Made by a program: the position numbers and the translations under genes
Source of the DNA: Squalus acanthias
Lineage: Eukaryota
NCBI GenBank assembly: GCA_030390025.1
Contig: CM059432.1
Location: 83,268,001-83,332,000, forward strand
Length of the DNA: 64,000 bases
Direction of reading: 5' to 3'
Shown here: piece by piece, positions 47,325-60,624 of the stretch
Layout of the letters: every line of letters starts with the position of its first letter
Position numbering within the stretch: position 1 is the stretch's first letter
Notes under the pieces: model-generated
What the model was told of the DNA's origin: nothing
The model's database searches: none
Seen by the model: only the letters and a program-made list of their open reading frames with translations

Positions 47325-48943
47325 CTGGAATTCAAAATAAATAGACATAGAAGATCAGGAGGGGAATTGATCGGATATCTAGGAAATACCAAGACATTTA
47401 TGAAAGCCAAAATACCTGAGACTTGGATGACTAGCTCTCTGTAACATATAAAATGGTTGAGTTTATTGTTCCACCGAGCTAGAAAGCTTAAGGTTGTTTC
47501 TGTTCTATATAGATCTTAATATATAGAAGCCGAGATAATTTATAGTTGAAAAAAAACCAATGAAGAGTTTGATTTCAGGCGTTCAAATACGTTCATGGTA
47601 TTATTGAAGGCACATCTGTGAGATTTTCAATTGTTTTTTAAAAATTTGCCTCCCTCAGCACTTCTCTAATTTAAGTTTCTAATTTGCTCCTGTTTCAGGT
47701 TTTCCTATTTCTAGCTTAATGACTTATGGCTCAAAGTACACACTACAAGGAAATGTTCAGCAACAGTATATATAGTAGCGCAGAATGATTACTTGGATCC
47801 ATGGCTCCTTACAATATACATTTTGTTTAGTTTGACTGGAAATGCTTCAGCTGGATGTGTATGTATTTTTCTTAATTTTTTTTTTTCTCAGCTGCTTTCA
47901 CCTAATTTTAATATATCGGCAGTTCCATAAGAACAGGAGTAGGTCATTCAGCCCCTCAAGCCTGTTCCACCATACAGTTAGATCATGGCTAATCTGTACC
48001 TTAACTCCATTTACCCATCTTTGCTCCATATTCCGTTTTTTTAATACAACTTCACATTAACTTGTACAATAAAATGCAGGTATTTATGTTGCCATAAACC
48101 AGTGATTCACTTGTCAAAATGCTTCGGTTTCAGACTTGTGTGTTTCTGAATAAAATGGATACAACTATAGCCTATTAAAATATACTTCTTGTCTGTATCA
48201 TGACTTCTTGCCATCATACAGTATTTTTGTCACACATTACATGAATTGTTTCCCATTATAATTTCTTATGCCCACATTTACAATGAGTTTTGCCTATGTA
48301 AACTTGTCACGCTGTAATTAGTCTGGCTGCTTGGCGACTTTCTGCCCAGGCTGTGAACATTTTCACAGTGCCTCACTAAAACTTCAGAGCCCCAGAATGC
48401 CATCTAATATTATTAGGTAAAGTTTGTTTAAAATTGAGTTTTATTTTCTCTGTTCTTTCAGTTCAGTTTTAAATTCTGTGACTTTCCTAATTATTTGTCG
48501 TCTCTCAGCTTTAAACCTCATAATTCCCCTTTGAATTTTAAATATAAAGTTTTTTAAGCCTCCATTACAAACCTTATTACACGTTGCAGTGTTAGTGACC
48601 TACTTATAATTAGAACCCCAAAATAAATGCCACAGCTAATACAGAAACCTAGTGTAAAATTAATTGGAAATAATTTAGAAGCAATCTTCAAACTTTTACT
48701 CTTGTGCCTCACAGCGAAGGCCTATCCGCATCCATGACCCTTGTTTAACTTTCAACCGGATATCAGTTGACTGCCCCACTGCAACACAGGTGGAACACAA
48801 CAGCGCTGAATGGAAGTGCTCAATCGAGTAAGTATTTGCCACTTCTCTGAGAACATTTGAGACTGTGATTAAGGAAAAAAATAATTGACTTGCTCTAATC
48901 TCCATCACTGAGTAGCATATGAACCCCTCCCCCCCCCAACCAA

Positions 48944-51165
48944 ATTTACTAACTTGCCATCAGGGGAGCGAGATTCATTAATACTTTTTTTTACTGAAAA
49001 ATACATTTGGGGAAACTTGCAGTGTTTATGATTCCGTTGGAAAGGAAATTAACACATATTTATAGATTACTGTATTATAATGAAAACAAAACAATGAATG
49101 TTAAAGGTAAGTAATTAAGGACAATCTACTAGGAACATAGTACCACCCGGATGGAATACCCCAATAAATGAACAACGCCTGTACCTCACAAAAGACCCGT
49201 ACATCTCCAATGAACTGAATATCTACTCCTCGAGAAGTCCATGCCTCCCCACAAAGCAGCTTATGCAACTGCTGGAACCACCCCACCCCAATCAAGCAAG
49301 GTTTACAAGAAGACCCTGTTATCTGCTGATTATGTGGGTCTTTAAGTTGGCTACAACAAATACTACAGGAATAGTTAATCATAGGAAAATACCTCAATTT
49401 TTGCTACATTGCATTAATTCTCACACCAGAAACACTTCAATATACAAAATGGATCTTTTTTAAAAGTTTGTTCTTGGGACATGGGCAACCTTGGCAAGGT
49501 CACATTTAGCGCCCATCCCTGGTTGCCCTGTGAAAGTGGTGGTGGGCATTCTTCTAGCTACTGTTTGGAATTGAGTTATTTGCTAGGCGACTTCAGATAG
49601 CATTAAGTGTCAACCACTAATGAGTGGACCAGTTAGAGATGACAGGACATTAGCGAACCAGTTGGATTTTTACAGCAATTTGGAAGCATTCATGGTTCTG
49701 CTAGTCCTCAAATTACCGGATTTATTAAATTCCATTTCACAACTTGTCATGGTGGGAATTGAACTCTCAACCTCTAATCCAGTAACATAACCACAAGACT
49801 ACTGAGATTACTGTACTCATCTGAATATGAACCATTAATGTGTATATGTTGGAATAATGGCCCGTATTTTCCGATCGCAGGCCTCCCGCGGGCGGAGGCC
49901 TGCGATCTGGAAAAATCTGCGCCCTTACCTGAGGGCTCCCGGGACGCACACACTTCCGCTCCTGGGCTTCACCAAACTCCAGGTGCGCAGGGCCCACGTA
50001 TCCCAGGGGCACATGTAGTTCGCAGCATCCCTGGGGTCACGTGGGCCATGGGGAGCCAATCACAGAAGGGAATCTCCCTTCATACATTTGACAGGAAGAC
50101 CTGTCAAATATATGAATTGAGATCAATGAAAAAACATGGTAAAACTTTAATTAAATTAAAAAAAAAAATCACATTTTTAAAATGACTTGAAATTACAATA
50201 TATTAAGTATTTTAAACAAAAATTTAATTTTTTGAAAAAAATAATTAAAGTATTTTACAGGGCTAAAAATAAACTTACTTTTCTTAAAGTATTTTTAAAT
50301 GATAAATCAGTGAAATAATTTTTTTTTTAACTTTTTTCAACTCTTACCCTGCTTTTACCAGGCGTAAGAATTGTAAGGGTTTTCTGCGGGCGGAGGGTCT
50401 CCAAAAAACGGAACTATCCGCCCGCAGAGGCCCTTCTCCAGGGCAGCCGGAGGATCTGTCAAGACCATTCTTGACAGATCGGAAATGCTGGTTTTCAGCG
50501 CATGCGCTGTGCAATCCTGAAACCGGCATTTCCGATGTCCCTACGGGTGGGTACACAGCGCGTACCCACCCATAGGGATCGGAATATCCGGGCCAATAAA
50601 AGCTTCATGCAAATAATTATTTAATTTATTCATTACTTCTTTGTTTTCAATGTTCTCTCTCTTCTCAAGGTCTCAACTTTTGCTGGGGTATGATTCCCCC
50701 ATGGCACTGGTACCTTGCCCAAGTGGCCATTCTCCACATAAGCAGGCTATTCCACCATGAAAACACTACAGTTAAGTCAATCCTTATCTTGCCTGATGGA
50801 CACAAACAAGTTCCCCAGTAGAGGCCACAGAATACAGATCAGATACAGGAATCCTGGCTGATTTTTCCCACATCGTTAACCCAGGGGCACTGAGGCTAAT
50901 TGTAGCATCCCAACTGCTGCCTTCGATTAGATTAGCTAAACCAGTATGTTCAGTACCACACCAGGTGATGCATTTACTAACTTGCTATCAGGAGAGCTAG
51001 GTTCATGAATACTTTTTTTTTACTGAAAAATACATCTGGGGAAACTAGCAGTGTTAATTTCCTTTCCAACGGAATCATAAACAAATATTTATAGATTACT
51101 GTATATAATGAAAACAAAACAATGAATGTTAAAGGTAAGTAATTAAGGACAATCTACTAGGAACA
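48944..51165. repeat. 194-bp direct duplication (48944-49137 and 50972-51165)
   Basis: Offset is 2028 bp at both ends. Near identical except for an internal 24-bp inversion. Confidence 0.92.
49859..50594. mobile_element. Non-autonomous Harbinger/PIF-like MITE (736 bp)
   Basis: TIRs ggcccgtattttccgatc / gatcggaatatccgggcc; TSD AAT on both sides; subterminal hairpins. Confidence 0.85.
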
Positions 51166-52760
51166 GGAGTAGGCCATTTAGCCCCTCAAGGCTGTTCCGC
51201 CATTCAAATGAGTTCATGGCTGATCTGCAACCTAACTCCATATACCCGCCTTTACACCATATCCCTTAATACGTTTGGTTAATAAAAATCTATCAATCTC
51301 AGATGTAAAATTAACAATTGATCTAGCATCAATTGCCGTTTGCGGAAGAGAGTTCCAAACTTCTACCACCCTTTGCATGTAGAATTGTTTCCTAATTTCA
51401 CTCCTGAACGGTCTGGCTGTAATTTTTAGACTATGCCCCCTAGTCTTAAGACTCCCCAACCAGCAGAAATAGTTTCTCTCCATCTACCCTGTCATGTTCC
51501 CCTTAATATCTTGAAAACATTGATCAAATCACCCCTTAACCTTCTAAATTCTAGGGAATACAACCCTAATTTGTGTAATCTCTCCTCATAATTTCACCCT
51601 TGGAGTCCGGGTATCATTCTGGTAAACCTATGCTGCATTCCCTCCAAGGCCAGTATATCCTTCCTAAGGTGTGGTGCCCGGAACTGCTCACAGTACTCCA
51701 GGTGTGGTCTAACCAGGGCTTTGTATAGCTGCAGCATAACTTCTACCCCCTTGTATTCTAGACCTCTAGATATAAAGGCTAGCATTTCATTAGCCTTTTT
51801 GATTATTTTCTTTACCTGTTCATGAAATTTTAATGATCTATGAACCTGAACCCCCAAGTCTCTTTGGACCTCCACTGTTTTTAGCTTTTCACCATTTAGA
51901 AAGTACCCTGTTCTATCCTTTTTAGGTCCAGTGGATGACCTCGCATTTGCCTACATTGAAATCCATTTGCCACAGTTTTGCCCATTCGCTTAATCTATCA
52001 ATATCCCTTTGTAATTTTATACTTTTATCTACACTGCCTACAATGCCGCCTATCTTTGTGTCATCGGCAAATTTGGATATGTGGCTTTCTATCTCATCAT
52101 CTAAGTCGTTAATAAATACCGTGAATAGTTGAGGCCCCAACACAGATCCCTGTGGGACACCACTAGTTACATCCTGCCAATTAGAGTATCTGCCCATTAT
52201 CCCTACTCTCTGTCTCCTGCCACTCAGCCAATTTCCTAACCAGGTCAATAATTTGCCTTCAATTCCATGTGCTTCAACCTTAGTTAACAGTCTTTTATGA
52301 GAGACTTTATCAAATGCCTTCTGGAAGTCCATATAAATAACATCCATAGCCATTCCTCTGTCCACTACTTTAGTCACCTCTTCAAAAAATGCAATCAGGT
52401 TTGTCAGGCATGACCTACCTTTTACAAATCCATGCTGGCTCTCTCTTATCAGCTGAAAATTTTCAAGGTGTTCAGTCACCCTATCCTTAATTATAGACTC
52501 TAGTAATTTCCCACCAACAACTGTTAGGCTAACTGGTCTATAATTCCCTGGTGTCCTTCTCTCACCATTCTTAAATAGATGAGTGACATGCACAATTTCC
52601 CAATCTAAAGGAACAGTTCCTGAATCGAGAGAACTTTGGAAGATTATAGTTAGGGCATCTGCAATGTGCTCACCTACTTCCTTTAAAACCCTGGGATGGA
52701 AACCATCTGGTTCTGGGAATTTGTCACTCTTAGTGCCATTATTTTCTTCATTACTGTTAC
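51158..52760 (-). mobile_element. 5'-truncated CR1 LINE abutting the LACTB2 exon donor site
   Basis: ORFs 51922-52593, 51594-51875 and 51232-51483. CR1 homology starts within ~10 nt of 52764. Confidence 0.92.
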
Positions 52761-52764
52761 TTAC

Positions 52765-52943
52765 CTGGATATATTACTTCAGCCTTTAAATTTAGCAGCT
52801 TTTCCAAAGAAAGCATATAACTATACAGGTCCTCAAAGACTGCTGTTCCTTCTCCCAGAATACAGTCTCCAGAAAATATAGCATTTTCCTCTTGCAGTAA
52901 TAATGCCATGTGATCACTGGTGTGTCCAGGAGTGTAAATAACC
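52765..52943 (-). CDS. LACTB2: LACTB2 internal coding exon (179 bp; probably exon 4)
   Basis: Minus strand ttttgctaccag|G GTT ATT TAC...TAT CCA G|gtaagt encodes (R)[60 protein letters not shown]. It carries the MBL-fold motifs TPGH and SGD, recognised as LACTB2. Exon number is by recalled analogy to mammals. Confidence 0.96.
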
Positions 52944-53139
52944 CTGGTAGCAAAAATAAAGATGCAATTCACTCCTCCATATAAAAGAGAACTTCATATA
53001 CAGAACTATTGTACAGAACATTGGTTTGTCACGGATATACTACATAGTTTAAAATAATGCTTGGATGGATAATTACAAGGCAGCAACAGAGTTGAAATGA
53101 CACTAAACCTCCACTTAAAGTTTTGAGTACATATAGTCA

Positions 53140-56100
53140 GTGTTAACATTAATCGCTCCTTTCTTGCCCTCCAAGTTTTCTCTTGTCCTGAAGGCAATGG
53201 CCGAGAAATTTGATCACGCCCCAAAACAGGCACGCAGGAAGCATACGCCTGTTGGTATTGTCCCAGGCAGCACATAATGTTCGATTGCATTTCTTGTGGA
53301 GGCATGACTCTCGTTGTAGGTCAGCTCTGCAGCTGTGCCTGGATTTCTGACAGGATTCGTGAGCCATGTCCGGAGGAGCTAGCCCTTGTTGGCCAGTAGC
53401 CAGCCTGTAACTTGACAGCCTGATTAAAATAAAGGCGGAACAGAAGACTGGCACAGGATGGAAGAGTCATTACTGCTGCCAGGTGACTGCGCATGGACCT
53501 GCATGATGCGCTGTCTGTGGTTGCAAACGGCTGTATGTTGTGGGAATGTAATCCCTTTCTATTGATAAAGATGCCAGGCTGGTGATAGGGAGTACGCAAG
53601 GCAATGTGGGCACAGTCTATGACCTTACACCCCGGGGAAGCCTGCAATGTGGGTGAAGCCTAAGGTGCTCTTGTTCTCTTTTGCTCTGTCCATGAGGAAG
53701 GAGATGTAGATGTTCCTTTTGGTGTAGAGAGCCTCGTTGACCTCCCTGATATATCAGTGTACTGTGAATGGCGAGATGTTGCTGATGTCACCTGCTGTAG
53801 CCTGAAAGGAGTCCCCGGTGTAAAAGATGACCGTGACAGCCATGGTCAGTGCTGTCTATGCCCTGGTGCGTGGCTGCAGCAGGTGACACAGCTCAGTGAC
53901 AGCCTCCTTTGTGCAGCGAAGGCTCCTCAGTGAAGTTCATGTAGAAGTGCTCCCTGAATACCCATTGTGGGTTTGGTGCAGTGTCCTCCTCCTTCTTGAC
54001 ACAGGTGCTCCTGCTCTTTTCTATCTTCCTTGGTGCACCCCTTGTCCTTCAGTCCCAAAGGTAGTCTTGCCAGACCAGTCAAAATATTTATAAGGCCGCC
54101 AACAACAGTGCAACACCAGCAAAATCGTCTCAGCTGTCAAACTTAACTTTCAAGTCAGAAAACAGGCCAAAAAATGACCAGTCAGTAACCAGCAGCCGGA
54201 AATGACAAACCAGCAACTAACCTGTAAGTACTGCATGATCCTTTTAAATAACACTGATGAAGGGCCCTTCCTGCCTGTTAGCGCTATGAGTTGGTGAGTT
54301 TAACATGTGGCGAGTCAGGCGCTGGGCATACCAAAACCAGAAAAGAGTCCTCCAACTAGAGCAGGACCCTAATTTGAATAAGTTATTCAATGTTTTCTAT
54401 AGTTCTGGCGTGAGCTCTGGACACCTACGGAGAACCTTGATTCAATATGGCAGGCGGCGCACTGCCAGCTCGAAATGAGTGTCTGCTTCCTACCCACCAA
54501 AACAAGGAGAAATGGGAAAAAGACAAAGTTAAAAGCTCTATATCTGAATGCACGCAGCATTCGTAACAAGATAGATGAGTTGACGGCACAAATAGATACA
54601 AATGGGTATGATCTGATCGCCATTACAGAGACGTGGTTGCAAGGTGATCAGGGCGGGGAACTGAATATTCCAGGGTATTTGAAAATTCGGAAGGATAGAC
54701 AGAAAGGAAAAGGAGGTGGGGTGGCTTTGTTGGTAAAGGATGGGATCAGTGCAGTGGTGAGAAGTAATATTGGCTCAGAAGATCAAGATGTAGAATCGGT
54801 TTGGATGGAGATAAAAAATAATAAAGGGAAAAAGTCTCTGGTGGGCGTAGTCTACAGGTCCCCGAATAGTAGAAATACTGTTGGACAGAGTATAAATCAA
54901 CAAATAATGGAGGCCTGTAAAAAAGGTACGGTAATAATCATGGGTGATTTTAATCTTAATATTGATTGGACAAATCAAATTGGCCATGGTAGCCTTGAGG
55001 AGGAGTTCATAGAGTGCATCCGGGATGGTTTCCTAGAACAGTATGTAATGGAACCAACCAGGGAGCAGGCTATCTTGGATCTGGTACTGTGTAATGAGAC
55101 AGAATTAATAAATGATCTCATAGTAAAGGATCCTCTAGGAAAGAGTGATCATAGCATGGTTGAATTTCAAATTTAGTTGGAGTGTGAGAAAGTTGTATCT
55201 CAAACCAGTGTCCTGATCTTAAATAAAGGCAATTATAATGGCATGAGGGCAGAACTGGCTAAAGTGGACTGGAAAAATAAATTAAAGGGTAAGACAGTTG
55301 AAATGCAGTGGCAGACATTTAAGGAGATATTTCATAACTCTCAACAAAAATATATTCCAGTGAGAAAGAAAGATTTCAAAAGAAGGGAGCACCATCCGTG
55401 GCTAACTAAGGAAGTAAAGGATGGTATCAAATTGAAAACGAAGGCGTACAATGTCGCCAAGATTGGTGGGAGACCAGAAGATTGGGAAATTTTTAAAAAC
55501 CAGCAAAGGATGACTAAAAAAATAATAAAGAGAGAGATCAATTATGAGAGTAAACTGGCAAGAAACATTAAAACAGATAGTAAGAGCTTCTACAGGTATA
55601 TAAAAAGGAAGAGAATAGTTAAAGTTGGTCCCTTAGAGGATGAGACTGGGGAATTAATAATGGGGAACGGGGAAATGGCAGAGACTCTGAACAAATATTT
55701 TGTATCTGTCTTCACGGTAGAAGACACTAACAAGATCCCAATAATGGATAATCAAGGGGCCACAGGGAAGGGGGAACTAAAGACAATCACTATCACTAAG
55801 GAAATAGTACTTGGTAAAATAATGGGACTAAAAGACCAGATGGCCTGTATCCCAGGGTCTTAAAAGATGTGGCTGTAGAGATAGTGGATGCATTGGTTGC
55901 AATATACCAAAATTCCCTGGACTCTGGAGAGGTCCCAGCGGATTGGAAAACCGCAAATGTAACACCCCTATTTAAAAAAGGAGGGAGACAGAAAGCAGGA
56001 AACTATAGACCAGTTAGCCTAACATCTGTCGTTGGGAAAATGCTGGAGTCCTTCATTAGGGTAATTCCAGAAATGAGGGGGTTGACTTATGAGGAAAGTT

Positions 56101-56592
56101 GAGCAGGCTGGGCCGATACTCATTGGAATTTAGAAGAATGAAGGTGATCTTATTGAAACATATAAGATACTGAGGGGACTCGACAAGGTAGATGCAGAGA
56201 GGATGTTTCCCCTCGTGGGGAAATCTAGAACGCGGGGGCACAGTTTTAGAATAAAGGGTCGCCCTTTTAGAACTGAGATGAGGAGGAATTTCTTCTCTCA
56301 GAGGGTCGTAAATCTGTGGAATTCTCTGCCCCAGAGAGCTGTGGAGGCTGGGTCATTAAATACATTTAAGGTGGAGATAGACAGATTTTTACAAGATAAG
56401 GGAGTGAAGGGTTATGGGGAGTGGGTGGGGAAGTGGCTTTGAGCCCAAGATCAGCCATGATCGTATTGAATGGCGGAGCAGGCTCGAGAGGCCAAGTGGC
56501 CTATTCCTGCTCCTATTTCTTATGTTCTTATATTAGAGGCCTTAGGTGCCCCTTTAGTGCCTGAAGACATGGTGCCATTGAATTTCTAGGCC
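53140..56592 (-). mobile_element. Decayed Harbinger transposon (DDE transposase relic ~53150-53990; terminus at 56592), interrupted by a CR1
   Basis: VIDCAHIALRTPYHQPGIFINRKGLHSHNIQ matches the HARBI1-type IDCTH...NRKGxHSxNxQ motif. End gaatttctaggcc|aat resembles the MITE TIRs. Confidence 0.8.
54388..56530 (+). mobile_element. CR1 LINE (complete EN, internal deletion of the RT core at ~56055, 3' tail)
   Basis: LYLNARSIRNK, AITETWL, MGDFN and SDH motifs. YRPVSLTS is joined directly to C-terminal sequence. Possible TSD TATT. Confidence 0.88.
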
Positions 56593-59067
56593 AATGAGTC
56601 TTGCTGCAGTGGAATTCGTATCAAACATGCTTATGGTATGTTGCCTAAGTAGCCATTCTTCATGTGTGAAGAATGACTGTCAAGCTATACCACCACAGGG
56701 ACATCAAGCCTAGCCAAATTCTGTCCTCACCTGATTACCATTCACAACAATTTTCAACCAGGGTCACTGGATAACGACCAGAAGTGGGAATTGTAAGTGA
56801 TTTTGTCCTCCCCAGGTCAGGCATTGAAACTAATTGTTGCACATCTACAGCTACCTCAGCTGAGATTAATTAAATCAGATTTGTAATGTTTAAATACATA
56901 GTGCATGTAGCATAGGCATTTACAGAAGATATGAATTAGTGATTTTAGTTACTACAGGTCCCTGTGGGGTGAATTCCAAGTGCACAATATAATCCCTGTG
57001 GTGTCAGAAAATGCATACTCCTGGTTACAAACTAAACATTTTTTGGCATTTACTCAATACCTTGTTTCTGTATGTATCCTGTTAGACAAGTACAGTTTTT
57101 GTTTGCTTTTCATTTTATTACTCTGTCTCTTATCGTTCTCTCTGTACCAAGCTATATTAGCCCTAATCCTATACACTTAATTCCAAATCAATCCAAAATC
57201 AACTGTGCACCAACAAAAGCGATATATTAGTACAACAGCAGCATTAGTTTCAAATTCTACAGGATGAATTCCATTACTTTAATACATGAAAAATTGGGTG
57301 AATCATGCCAGTGATTTCCAGATATGCAATTCCAGCAGGCCAGGAGTGCACATTCAGAAAACTGGCCCTTGCTAGTTATACTAGTCACTCTCTTTGAATG
57401 TTCTTCCATGCACCAATTCTCTGCCAGGGAGAGGGAATTCAAAATTGTCCATAATATTCAAAATGAGGCTTTACTAATAAATTTTTAACGGTTTAAAAAA
57501 AGTGTTTCAGCTTATAATAAAATACTTTCCAAATGCAAGAGTACTTGATTAGCCTGGCAGATAATATCTTCACACTATGTAGGTTTTCAATAATCCAACC
57601 CAAAGCTTTTGCCTTTTCTATCTTTGTTGAGGGACAGCCATTCATTGCGCACATTATATACTTGCTGTACCAATCTGCATTACCTTTCATTTATCCACAT
57701 TAACATCCAGTTGACATTCATTCCGATCTCTTTAAATAATGTACAGCACTCTTCCAGCCAACTTGTTTGGTGCCAGTAGTCGATTTTATATTACGTGGCC
57801 AGAAGTACCCTCCCCTTATTGTGAGCAGCAAGGGAATGAGAATAGATACCCAGGAAATTTCACTCGTCCTGTCTGTCTCCAAGAGCATCTCTATTTATTT
57901 CCATCGTCTACTTTCTATAGGCAAGGCTATTAGCAATTCAAGTGGCAAATAGTCATTCATTCAGTGAGCCTTAATCTTCTTCAAAAGTCTTGCTGCTGAC
58001 TTTTATCAAATGCCTGCTGAAAATCCAAGTACATTACAACTATAAGATTAAAAATTTGCAGTAGATTGGTAAGGTACAAACTACTGCATCCACAACTATG
58101 TTAGCACCTCCTTATGGCAACTATACTTTTTAAATAAATATGGATAGTGACCCATGATACACACAAACGTTTTTTTAGTACTGACAGACTGACTAATCTA
58201 TGATTACTCAGGAACTGTACTTCAAAAACAGTATCTTATCTTTCTCCTCTGGCTTGAACACTGTCTTCAACGATATCCTCCATTTCCTTTACAGCAAGGG
58301 GTGATGGTGATATGAGAAGGATCTACTGGTTTCTGGGCGGAGGGTGGTTTGGAGCCTCTTCATGAGACATGATATTGATGGGGAAGATGGTATGCAGTCC
58401 TTTTTCTTCCCTTTTACTAACAGACCATCCTTTCCCAGCATTTTCTGTTTTTACTTCAAACTTGTTCTGGCTTTCTGTATTTTCAAATTTCCCAATTTCT
58501 TGCTTTTTTCTTTGGGTGGGCCTCTCTCTGCCTTAGCTATTCTCACATTGCTCTTGTGTTTATAATTTCTTTAGTACTTCTTTCTATTGCCTGGCTGAGG
58601 TGATCGTTTACATTATCTAATAATCTCCTGCTTTTCTTTTAAGCAAGTTACAGGGGTTTCACTGATTTACTCCCTTCATGTAGTTGGATCATCTTTTTGT
58701 TTGTTACTCTTTTGTTCAGATTCTATTTAATTGCTTGCTTTTGTTTAATTTTTCAGTCCTAAATGGCCTCGGCCAAGGCATCATCCCACCTTTCCTTTCC
58801 ACCGATACTGAATGACCTGCTGTGTATTTCCAACCTTTTCTGTTTTTGTTTCAGATTTCAAACATTAACAGATTTTGCTCTTTATTCTACAATTCATATC
58901 TTACTCCCATTTTTGAAAATCAGGATTACACTATCTATCCTCCAGGCGTGAGGTACAATCCCTGAATTCATGGAACTCCTAAACAATTTTTGCTAAAACT
59001 TTTGGGCTCATCACCAAGAATGTTAATGATCACCCAGTGGCAGCATCAAGCACTCGAGGTCAGTAAC

Positions 59068-60176
59068 AAAAGAAAGAAGAACGAACTTGCATTTATGTCA
59101 CACCTTTCATGTCCTCAGCATATTCCAAAGAACTTTACAAATTGCCTTTGAAGTGTAGTTACTGTTGTTTTGTAAGCATATGTGGCAGTCAATATGTGCA
59201 CAGGTTGAGAGATAAATGTTGGTCAAGAGTTGGTTGAGGAATAAATGTTGGTCAAGATACTGGAAGAACTTCCCTACTCTTCTTTGAATAGTGCCACGGG
59301 ATCTTCTGCATCCACCTGAGCAAATGTGGGCTTGGTTTAACGTTTCACCTGAAAGGCAGCCCCTTCAACTTCATATTTCCTCATTGCTCACGGAAGTGTC
59401 AGCTGTATTATGTGCTGCCATCCTAGAGTGGGTCTTCACCCACCAACTTTTCGACTCAGCATGACTCAAAGATTATATACGTCATCTTTATTCTTCTAAT
59501 TGGAATCATTTTCCCCAGGGACAATTATCACCGTGATTTTCCAGCCTAACCAGTTCATTATCTATTTGTTCACCTTGAGTTGACATCAATTGCCAGTTAT
59601 GAAACTGTTTTTACCACTACATATTGCTAGACAAACTGCCTCTACCATTTCCCCTTCAGCTATTATAGACATGTTGACCGATAACATTTGTAAACAAAGC
59701 ATTTACATTTTGCTGGAAATGTAAACATGTGACTTTCAAAGTTAAAGTATCACCATAATGGAATTAGGTTCTGAGTCACAAGGTTAAAGGTTCAAGCCCC
59801 ACTCCAGAGACTTGAACACATAATTTAAGCTGACTCTTCAGTGCAGTACTGAGAGAATGCTGTAGCGTAGGAGGTGCTGTCAGACTGAAGCCCTATCTGC
59901 CCACTCAGGTGGGCATGAAGGATCCCATAGCACTATTCAAAGAACAGCAGGGAAATTCCCCTGGTGTCCTGGTCAACATTTATCCCTCAATCAACACCAT
60001 TAAAACAGATTATCTGATCATTATTCTGTTGTAGGACCTTGCTATTTGCAAACTGGCCACCACTTTTCCCTACATAACAGTGACTACACATCAAAAGTAC
60101 TTTATTGGTGGTGAAGTGCTTTGGGACATCCTGAGGCTGTGAAAGGCGCTATATAAATGCAGGTTTATTCTTTCTT
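59068..60176. mobile_element. Two divergently oriented DeuSINE-like copies (59068-59460 minus; 59765-60176 plus)
   Basis: Homologous to 46200-46628. The plus copy has the ggttcaagcc B box and a gctatataaatgcag tail. Confidence 0.72.
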
Positions 60177-60624
60177 TGGCTATTGTGAACTTAAATATAT
60201 ACTCTTCGCTAAATGGTTCAGCCCATGAGGTAGCACCCATCAGCTATAATTTTTAAAACTATATAGATTCTTGACATAATATTTAGACTCAATATTTACT
60301 TCAACCATTTGCAAAAGAAAATTGTGTTAAATGGCACTACTCCCAGCAAACACAATGCTATCAGATAGTTGTAATAACTGCACTGGCAATGAATTTTTGC
60401 CCTCCATTTTGGGAAGATATCAATATCATAATATGCTGCAGTACCTTAATCAACACCTTACTTTTATTCCTACTTCCTGATTTCTAAGCTTAACAAAAAT
60501 GATTTCTGTATGTACCTAGAGTGTAAAGTGAAAATATATCAAGGACCTGAATACAAGACCTGTACATATCCCTAAAGGGCAAGAGCTCTACTTGTGTAAT
60601 TAAACAACCTTGGTCAACAAAAGA

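Noticed and set aside
52757..52972. 71-aa ORF as a standalone beta-lactamase gene
   Set aside because: It is one LACTB2 exon plus intronic flanks. The splice phases join it to three further exons.
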